A DNA stretch of 64,000 nt from Parcubacteria group bacterium GW2011_GWA2_42_14 (GTDB lineage: Bacteria; Patescibacteriota; Minisyncoccia; Sungbacterales; GWA2-42-14): the NCBI GenBank assembly GCA_000998135.1, contig LCCV01000002.1, forward strand, positions 29,421-93,420, in the 5' to 3' direction. The notes beneath the pieces are model-generated. The model saw only the letters and a program-made list of their open reading frames with translations. It was not told the DNA's origin and searched no databases. Positions 57,696 to 64,000 of this stretch are shown here, piece after piece (position 1 is the first letter of the stretch; the number at the start of each line of letters is the position of its first letter). Position numbers and translations under genes: made by a program.

Positions 57696-58450
57696 AAAAA
57701 TTAATTGACGATCGTTAATTAATTTTTAAATATCTCCATATACATATACCGATTAACTCACACCATCAAACCGCTATTATCAAACCAGCAAACCGAAAAA
57801 TTTACGGACTTTTATTTCGCTAAAACCAAGATCATCACTTACAACATATTGAACATATCTTTCAACATCAAAAAAGCGAGTTACAAAATCAATTTCATCC
57901 CGGCATTCATAAGGAAGCACAAATACGCTTTTTTGCAAAGGATAAAAACCAAGTTTAGACATTTTTTCGCGCAAAGCATTGCGGCTTTTCTTGTTTTTTT
58001 CCGGGATATCAAAAAAAACTATATGCCATCTCTCATTCCATTTCTCCGGCTTCAGAATTTTAATATCCTCGATATCAAATCTGCGAAGCGCGGATTTTCC
58101 TTCCTTCGTAATAACAATAAAAGTTTCTTTGCCGCGTTCTAAATACTTAACCAACCGCCGTTGGCGAAGACGTTCAACCGCCAAACGAAGTTTTCTCTGC
58201 TCTACTTCCCATTCTCTTTTGTCCCTATCCTCAAAATATTCAAGAAGCGGTTTTAGGGCTATGGGGAGACCAGGAACAACCACAAAGACGGCCAACGCGA
58301 CACCGGTCGCCGCGCATCCGGCAATAATCTTTAAAGCATGATAAGCGGGCGAGCCAAAAACCACGCTTCCGGCCTTTCTTCCTTTTTTATTCGCTGGTTT
58401 ATGCATTAATAAGCATTATAAAAAATTAAAAGACGATCGTCAATTAATTT
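57696..58450. repeat. ACGATCGT-centred palindromes flanking the PaaX-like gene (57696-57727, 58423-58450)
   Basis: AAATTAATTGACGATCGTTAATTAATTT and AAATTAAAAGACGATCGTCAATTAATTT. Confidence 0.88.
57780..58406 (-). CDS. PaaX-like protein (wHTH plus Cas2-like ferredoxin domain)
   Basis: ITKEG, WNERWHIVFFDIPEK...R.ALR...LGFYPLQKSVFV.PY. Confidence 0.85.
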   Translation of the reverse strand: MHKPANKKGRKAGSVVFGSPAYHALKIIAGCAATGVALAVFVVVPGLPIALKPLLEYFEDRDKREWEVEQRKLRLAVERLRQRRLVKYLERGKETFIVITKEGKSALRRFDIEDIKILKPEKWNERWHIVFFDIPEKNKKSRNALREKMSKLGFYPLQKSVFVLPYECRDEIDFVTRFFDVERYVQYVVSDDLGFSEIKVRKFFGLLV

Positions 58451-58494
58451 ATAAAACGAAATACACTTAAAATTCAGAACAGAAAATTTAAAAA

Positions 58495-59385
58495 CTATCG
58501 TTTGAATTTATAGAAAATCTTGCTTCCGAAACGTAAATCAACGTAATCCAAATCGCCGATACGGGTTTTTATTTTAGAATCAATTATGGTTTTCAAATTA
58601 GCAGACCAGTCGGACGGCAAAACGTCCCTTGGCACAATTAAAAACCACCCGAAATTCGTTCCCAATATATAATCTTTGGAAATATCTTTGGAAATCGTAA
58701 GCGAAGACAAAGTAAATCCGGTTTTTTCCTTAAGAGCGGAATTCGCCTCTTCAAAAAAATTCAAAACCTCGCGGGATATAGCGGGCTTCCCCACCACAAA
58801 ATCCATATCCTCGTCATTTTCAATAATCGGAAAAACAGTTCCGGCAAAACTTATTGATAATTCAAAAATTACTCCCCCGCGATCAATATAAAAGCATTTG
58901 GAGCCGCTCTTTGTTTCAATAGCCGCCTCTTCTGCCAGAGCGATTGTGGTAGAACCCTTATTAACCGCGGGACAATAAATAGCAAAAACCTTTCTTTCTT
59001 CAACAACCACCGTTAAAATATCCGGAAATTTTTTTTCAACGCTTACCTGGCCGATTTTGGCAAATTTATTTTTAACGTGTTCGGAAATTTCCTCTTCGGG
59101 AAGAAAAAAATACTGACTTTTGGGAATGAACTTCCAAATATATCCGTCAAGCGGTTCCTGGATAGCCGCATATAATTCATCCTGCTCAATAATTTCAAAG
59201 CCGGTTACGGAAATATTCTTAATCTGCCAATAAGGCATATTGGCAAGTGAAAAAATGCCGTAGGCGATTACGGCAACGCCGATTAAAACTGCCAGAGAAA
59301 TTAAAATTACGGGGCGGAAATTCCTCCGTTTCTTTTTTTTATACAATAAACGGCTTTTAAAATATGTATCTACCATTGGTTTCAA
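58495..59385 (-). CDS. FtsQ/DivIB-like cell division protein
   Basis: Basic N-terminus, TM, POTRA (IKNISVTG...KKFPDIL.V.VEER), ends YVDLRFGSKIFYK. Confidence 0.8.
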   Translation of the reverse strand: MKPMVDTYFKSRLLYKKKKRRNFRPVILISLAVLIGVAVIAYGIFSLANMPYWQIKNISVTGFEIIEQDELYAAIQEPLDGYIWKFIPKSQYFFLPEEEISEHVKNKFAKIGQVSVEKKFPDILTVVVEERKVFAIYCPAVNKGSTTIALAEEAAIETKSGSKCFYIDRGGVIFELSISFAGTVFPIIENDEDMDFVVGKPAISREVLNFFEEANSALKEKTGFTLSSLTISKDISKDYILGTNFGWFLIVPRDVLPSDWSANLKTIIDSKIKTRIGDLDYVDLRFGSKIFYKFKR

Positions 59386-59553
59386 TATAACACAGGTAGA
59401 AAACTAAAAAAATAAGCCTAGTTATAAAGGCTAAAACAAATTCCAAATCCCAAGCACCAAATCCCAAATTCAAACTTCAAAATTCAAATCTAAAAAATTT
59501 TTAACATTTAAATTTTGATACTATTTGGGATTTAAGATTTTGAAATTGGGATT

Positions 59554-60600
59554 TTAAAGACTTATTATTTCCTCCCACGGCAGTCCCTCTTTGCCGAAAT
59601 GGCCGTAAGAAGCGGTTTGAAAATAAATGGGACGCCTTAAATTCAATTTTTCAATAATTGCCTGCGGACGGAAATCAAATGCCACTTTGACAAATCCACT
59701 TAAATCTTTACCTTTTTCATCTTCAGCATAAACCATCAACGGCTCGGCTCTGCCTATGGCATAAGCTACGGAAACCAAGCAATTTTTGGCGAATCCATTG
59801 GCAACCAGATTTTTTGCAACGAAACGAGACATATACGCGGCCGAGCGGTCCACTTTGGTCGGGTCTTTGCCGGAAAAAGCTCCTCCGCCATGCGGAAACA
59901 TTCCTCCATAAGTATCAACCATTATTTTTCTGCCGGTGAGTCCGGTATCGGAAGCAAACCCGCCGATAACAAATTTACCGGTGGGATTTACCAAAATTTC
60001 CACTTCTTCTAAATTACCGACTACGGGGCCAATAAGTTTTTTAATCAAATAATCTTTAATTTCCGGCTGGGCTATTTTTTCGTCATGCTGACAGGAAACC
60101 AGAACGGTATTAATTCTTCCGTCATGAATTGTAACCTGGGCCTTACCGTCGGGCCCAAGCCAATAAAAATCTTTATCGTTCCTGCGGAGATTTTCCAATC
60201 CTTTAGTAAGTTTATGAACCAACGAAACAGCCAAGGGTAAAAATTCTTTAGTTTCATCGGTCGCGTAACCGTACATAATTCCCTGGTCTCCCGCCCCGCC
60301 GGTATCCACCCCCTGCGCGATATCGGGAGATTGCTGGACAATATTGGTAATAATATTAAGATTATCCGAATATCCGATATCTTTATAAACGTTTCTCGCG
60401 ATTTCTCCCGCGTCAATTTTTCCTTTGGAAGTTACCTCCCCGCCCACAACCAAAAGATTATGAGAACCGAAAGTTTCCACGGCAACGCGCGAATAAGGGT
60501 CCTTTTCCAGATAAGCGTCAAGAATCGCGTCACTAATTTCGTCGCAAACTTTGTCCGGATGACCGGAGGTGACAGATTCGGCTGTGTAAGTATTATTCAT
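59554..60600 (-). CDS. metK: S-adenosylmethionine synthetase
   Basis: ESVTSGHPDK, GAGDQG, PDGKAQV, GGGAFSGKDPTKVDRS; start ATG 60600. Confidence 0.97.
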   Translation of the reverse strand: MNNTYTAESVTSGHPDKVCDEISDAILDAYLEKDPYSRVAVETFGSHNLLVVGGEVTSKGKIDAGEIARNVYKDIGYSDNLNIITNIVQQSPDIAQGVDTGGAGDQGIMYGYATDETKEFLPLAVSLVHKLTKGLENLRRNDKDFYWLGPDGKAQVTIHDGRINTVLVSCQHDEKIAQPEIKDYLIKKLIGPVVGNLEEVEILVNPTGKFVIGGFASDTGLTGRKIMVDTYGGMFPHGGGAFSGKDPTKVDRSAAYMSRFVAKNLVANGFAKNCLVSVAYAIGRAEPLMVYAEDEKGKDLSGFVKVAFDFRPQAIIEKLNLRRPIYFQTASYGHFGKEGLPWEEIISL

Positions 60601-60676
60601 ATGCATGAAACATGGAACATGCAACATGGAACATGAAAACTATAAACATGCCACTTGCCGCACGCCGCTTGTTATT

Positions 60677-60698
60677 AAAAACACCGCTTATGAGCGGG
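60677..60698 (-). terminator. Riboswitch expression-platform terminator
   Basis: - strand CCGCT-CATA-AGCGG-TGTTTTT. Confidence 0.7.
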
Positions 60699-60713
60699 TC
60701 TTAGATAAAATAT

Positions 60714-60849
60714 TTTATCTTTCCCCGTTCGGTCTTCCTTCGCACGAAGCTTCGGAGGACGAGGATGGATTTAGCACCACATTAACACCTTTTGTTAATA
60801 GGCTGCTGGCGGTTCATTGAGCCAAAACTCTCCCCGCGCTCTTGATAAA
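60714..60849 (-). ncRNA. SAM-I (S-box) riboswitch upstream of metK
   Basis: - strand TTATCAAGAG..GG..GAG..GGCTC..TGAACC..AGCAGCC..GGTGCTAAATCC..GAAAGATAA; P1 and P3 pair. Confidence 0.9.
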
Positions 60850-60910
60850 TTATTCAATTTTTATAAAACCATCATACTATGAAACGCGAAATGCGCAAGA
60901 AAAGTTATCC

Positions 60911-61138
60911 ACCCCGTTAGAAGTTCGAAAATACACATTGATTTAAAAAATGACACAAAGCGAAAGCGGCTTACCCCGTTAGAAATCCAGCAACATGTCA
61001 ATTACGGCATAACGACGCGGAGCGAAACGGCTCCGCCTTACGTCTTTCTGAATAAAATAAGCTTTTTAAAGATTTCTAACGGGGCTTACGCCTTATGCCT
61101 GTGTCTGAATATGGCCACCCTTAAACCTCTAACGGAGT
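60911..61138. mobile_element. CCCCGTTAGA-family MITE nested inside another copy
   Basis: Outer arms 60911/61138, inner arms 60974/61084 with CTTA on both sides. Confidence 0.85.
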
Positions 61139-61181
61139 AAACAAAAACAAAAGGCCCCGAAATGAGGCCCAAGACAAATTA

Positions 61182-62120
61182 TTATACCAAACGAAGCTTA
61201 GCCAAAAACCGGCTTTCGGTCCTAACACGGTAACGAACAGTTGCTAAAAAGAAATCCGTACAATCAAGGACGGCGTAAAACAAGGTACGGTGCTCTCCGC
61301 TTTCAAATTCGGGAAATTCGTTATCAAGAATCAAGATAAGCCGATGAGCCGAAAAAGGAAGATTATTTAAACGCCGAAAATATTTTTCCCAAACAGATAG
61401 CGCCCGGCACAAACGCTCAAAATACAACCGGGGTTTTGGATTTTTACCGTCCTTAACATCTCTGATTATATTTCTGTAAATCTTTACCAAACTTTCTTTC
61501 TTGGGTAATTCGTTAACATTTGTTTCAGAAATTTCCGGCTGTCTTAGAACCAACCCTCCGGATTCAACACTCTCATCCAGTTCCAAGTGAACTTGTTCGT
61601 TCAAGAGAATAAAATTGTTTGCCTCTCTCAAACCACGGGGAATTTTATCATAAACAATTACAGATACGCGTTTACCCGCTTCTTTTAATCCGTTTACGAT
61701 TTTAGGAAAAGGATCCTGTCCGTCGCCGGAGCACAAAAATACTTCTTCAACTTCCGCATCTTCTTTGGTTTCACGCGCCAATTTTTCAAGCAGAAAATCA
61801 GCCGCGTTATAGGAAGAAGATTTAACCATAACTTCAAAACCGTTATCAACGAAAACCTGTATCACATCCGCCATATCTTTTCTAACCCTATACTTTCCGC
61901 TTTCGTCAATATCGGGGTTTGATGAAACATGCGGCAAAGAAACAGCCCCGAGCAAGTACTTAAGCCGGCCCCTTCCTCCAGCAAATTTAAGAATAATTCC
62001 ACACAACACCTCAGCAATATCCTTGGCTCCCGCCCTAACATTCTTATTTTTCAAATCTTTTCTGACGGCTATAAATAAATTTTCAATGTCCAGAAGAACA
62101 GCGGATTTCAGCGCTTCCAT
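61182..62120 (-). CDS. NYN/LabA (PIN-like) domain protein
   Basis: VLLDIENL, NAADF.L, LCSGDG.D.F, GKRV.V. Confidence 0.8.
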   Translation of the reverse strand: MEALKSAVLLDIENLFIAVRKDLKNKNVRAGAKDIAEVLCGIILKFAGGRGRLKYLLGAVSLPHVSSNPDIDESGKYRVRKDMADVIQVFVDNGFEVMVKSSSYNAADFLLEKLARETKEDAEVEEVFLCSGDGQDPFPKIVNGLKEAGKRVSVIVYDKIPRGLREANNFILLNEQVHLELDESVESGGLVLRQPEISETNVNELPKKESLVKIYRNIIRDVKDGKNPKPRLYFERLCRALSVWEKYFRRLNNLPFSAHRLILILDNEFPEFESGEHRTLFYAVLDCTDFFLATVRYRVRTESRFLAKLRLV

Positions 62121-62260
62121 TAGCAGAAAACCACCTTTCTACCGCTTCGGGCGGGCGCCTTCCTAGATCGTTCGTGCGCGAACACACGGACTAGCTAGGT
62201 GCCTTAGCTTCTTTTAAGCGGTTATTTATATAATAACATAATATCTAAAAATATGCAAAT

Positions 62261-62289
62261 TTGACATAAAAACTATTATTTGATACCAT
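62261..62289 (+). promoter_or_regulatory. Sigma70-type promoter
   Basis: TTGACA-N17-TACCAT with extended TG. Confidence 0.55.
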
Positions 62290-62325
62290 TTAGAAAGCTC
62301 CCGAACAACCAAAAAAGAGAAAAAT

Positions 62326-63411
62326 ATGGCCTTTTTAATCAGCGCCGTAATTCTCGTTGTGTTGATTTTCCTCCTCAAATACCTGCCGGTAAAATCCGGG
62401 GTACTCATTGAGGGTGTTTTCAAAAAAATGGAATGCGGCAGTGATTTCAACGGAAGAGAATCAACCGCCTACTGGTTTGAAAACTACTGCAAAGATTGTT
62501 TTGAACGCAGAAATTTTGAAAATAATTCAATCTACGGCAAGTGCCTGGCAACGGTCCCGACGCGCGCCTGGAATAGAAGCACTTTTATTCCCGAGGCGGG
62601 AGATTCCATAAAAATCATTGCCCGGAAAAACATTTTTGGCACGATTAAAATATACAAAATCGTAAAAACCGATTTTCTTGAAACATACAGACCCAAACAG
62701 CGGGCTCTATACGAAGAACATTTCAGGAAACTTGGAGAGGCCCTAGACAAAAGAGGGGCTTTAGAAAAAGGCATGAGCGTTGAAGAATACCGCGAATCCA
62801 AAAGAGAAGAAACCATCCGCTATGCCATGGAAGAACTTGGGATGTCCAGAGAGGAAGTCATCAAAAATGGTATGCATGAATGGGGATATGGATCTATTCA
62901 TAACGAAGCGCGAAGACGGAAATTAATCGCAGAATTAGGCAGAGAAGCAACTCACGAGGACGTCTTGGAAGAAGACAGAAAGATAATGCAGAAAGTAGCA
63001 TCAAATTATCCCAACCAGGAATGTCTTGAACCTTATGAGATTGAGGAATACGGAGAAACAGGCACTCTTCCCGAGAACAGACTATTACATCTTAATGGAT
63101 GTACCAGTTGCTATATTCAAGCATCCATTAATAGAAACAATTGGGTTCTAACCCACACTCCGCCCGGACCGGAATGTTTTTCAAAAAATGAACTCCATAT
63201 TATTCACGAAACCGGAACACTTCCAAAAGAAAGACTCGAACACACAAAGAACTGCAAAAAATGCAAGTACGATTTTGATGTAAACAAAACCACTTATCTT
63301 GAACGCGTTGCGCCAATACCCCGCGAACATTGTCCCAGCATTGTTTTTACGCTTGACCCAAAGGATATTAAGGCGTTTTACGCCAGAAAGGCCGAACTGT
63401 TAAAGTTATAA
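62326..63411 (+). CDS. Hypothetical membrane-anchored protein with two C-terminal C-x22-HxxxCxxC repeats
   Basis: ECL...ETGTLP.NRL.HLNGCTSC and ECF...ETGTLPKERLEHTKNCKKC. Confidence 0.7.
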   Translation: MAFLISAVILVVLIFLLKYLPVKSGVLIEGVFKKMECGSDFNGRESTAYWFENYCKDCFERRNFENNSIYGKCLATVPTRAWNRSTFIPEAGDSIKIIARKNIFGTIKIYKIVKTDFLETYRPKQRALYEEHFRKLGEALDKRGALEKGMSVEEYRESKREETIRYAMEELGMSREEVIKNGMHEWGYGSIHNEARRRKLIAELGREATHEDVLEEDRKIMQKVASNYPNQECLEPYEIEEYGETGTLPENRLLHLNGCTSCYIQASINRNNWVLTHTPPGPECFSKNELHIIHETGTLPKERLEHTKNCKKCKYDFDVNKTTYLERVAPIPREHCPSIVFTLDPKDIKAFYARKAELLKL

Positions 63412-63483
63412 ATTAAAAATTGCCGCCGGATTTAGCCCCGCGGTTTTTTTATACAAAGTACTTTATAATTTTGTGGCGTGAAC

Positions 63484-63542
63484 AAAAACATTCTAATATT
63501 CTCCTTCCAGAGGCGGGCAGGCAAGAATATTAGAATGTTTTT
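63484..63542. repeat. Orphan ArsR-type palindrome with a GC-rich insert at its centre
   Basis: AAAAACATTCTAATATTCT [CCTTCCAGAGGCGGGCAGGCA] AGAATATTAGAATGTTTTT. Confidence 0.8.
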
Positions 63543-64000
63543 AGGAACTTTTTTTGAAGCGTGGAAACCGAAAGGATGATGGACACAATTTGCTCAAAGG
63601 GCATAAATCACAACGAGGGTCTTTGGCGGTACAAATAGCGCGGCCGTGGTCAATCAAACGATAAGTTGTTTTGAACCATTCTGATTTTGGCAAAAGTTTC
63701 ATTAAATCCTGTTCAATTTTTACGGGGTCATCTTTTTCAGTCAGACCGAGCCGTTGGGAAAGACGGCGAACATGAGTATCAACAGCAATCCCCTCAACCA
63801 CGCCGTAGGCGTTTCCCAAAACCACATTAGCGGTTTTTCGCGCAACCCCTTTCAGAGTTAACATTTCCGGCATGGTGCGCGGGAGTTTACCGCCAAATTT
63901 ATCACGGATAATTTTTGCCGTTTCCAGAATATTTTTTGCTTTGGCGCGATAAAACCCAGTTGACCTAATCATTTTTTCAAATTTTTTCAAGGGAAGCGCG
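63541..64000 (-). CDS. nth: Endonuclease III (5' end outside the window)
   Basis: GFYRAKAKN, HhH LKGVARKTANVVL, VDTHV.R, C-x6-C-x2-C-x5-C. Confidence 0.95.
   Translation of the reverse strand, partial: ALPLKKFEKMIRSTGFYRAKAKNILETAKIIRDKFGGKLPRTMPEMLTLKGVARKTANVVLGNAYGVVEGIAVDTHVRRLSQRLGLTEKDDPVKIEQDLMKLLPKSEWFKTTYRLIDHGRAICTAKDPRCDLCPLSKLCPSSFRFPRFKKSS

Noticed and set aside
57780-58406. CRISPR-Cas locus (Cas2-like domain)
   Set aside because: No repeat-spacer array or other cas genes; the architecture is PaaX-like.

Overview
AT-rich bacterial chromosome segment with most genes on the - strand. Gene content and repeat style suggest Patescibacteria/CPR (Parcubacteria-like); this is inference, not a classification. 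Bases 1-31 kb are a surface-glycan cluster: several GT-C/ArnT-PMT membrane transferases, GT2 and GT4 transferases, SAM methyltransferases, AsnB, a DegT aminotransferase, epimerases, gmd and fcl. Next come lamin-tail/PKD surface proteins, a 1334-aa secreted Zn-phospholipase-C-like protein, a LexA-DNA methyltransferase fusion with two unknown neighbours, a 1205-aa S-layer-like protein, galU, clpB, a PaaX-like gene, an ftsQ-like gene, metK with a SAM-I riboswitch, a NYN protein and nth. The main unusual signal is about ten families of short palindromic elements (REP/RPE/MITE-like) with no transposase in the window. They sit in frame inside at least 8 intact genes, nest inside each other up to three elements in one insert, supply gene starts and stops, and one sits inside the riboswitch. 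Several small DNA-binding genes (two ArsR-like, one PaaX-like) are each bracketed by their own palindrome family, which also occurs as orphan copies. All calls come from reading the sequence; no database searches were run.
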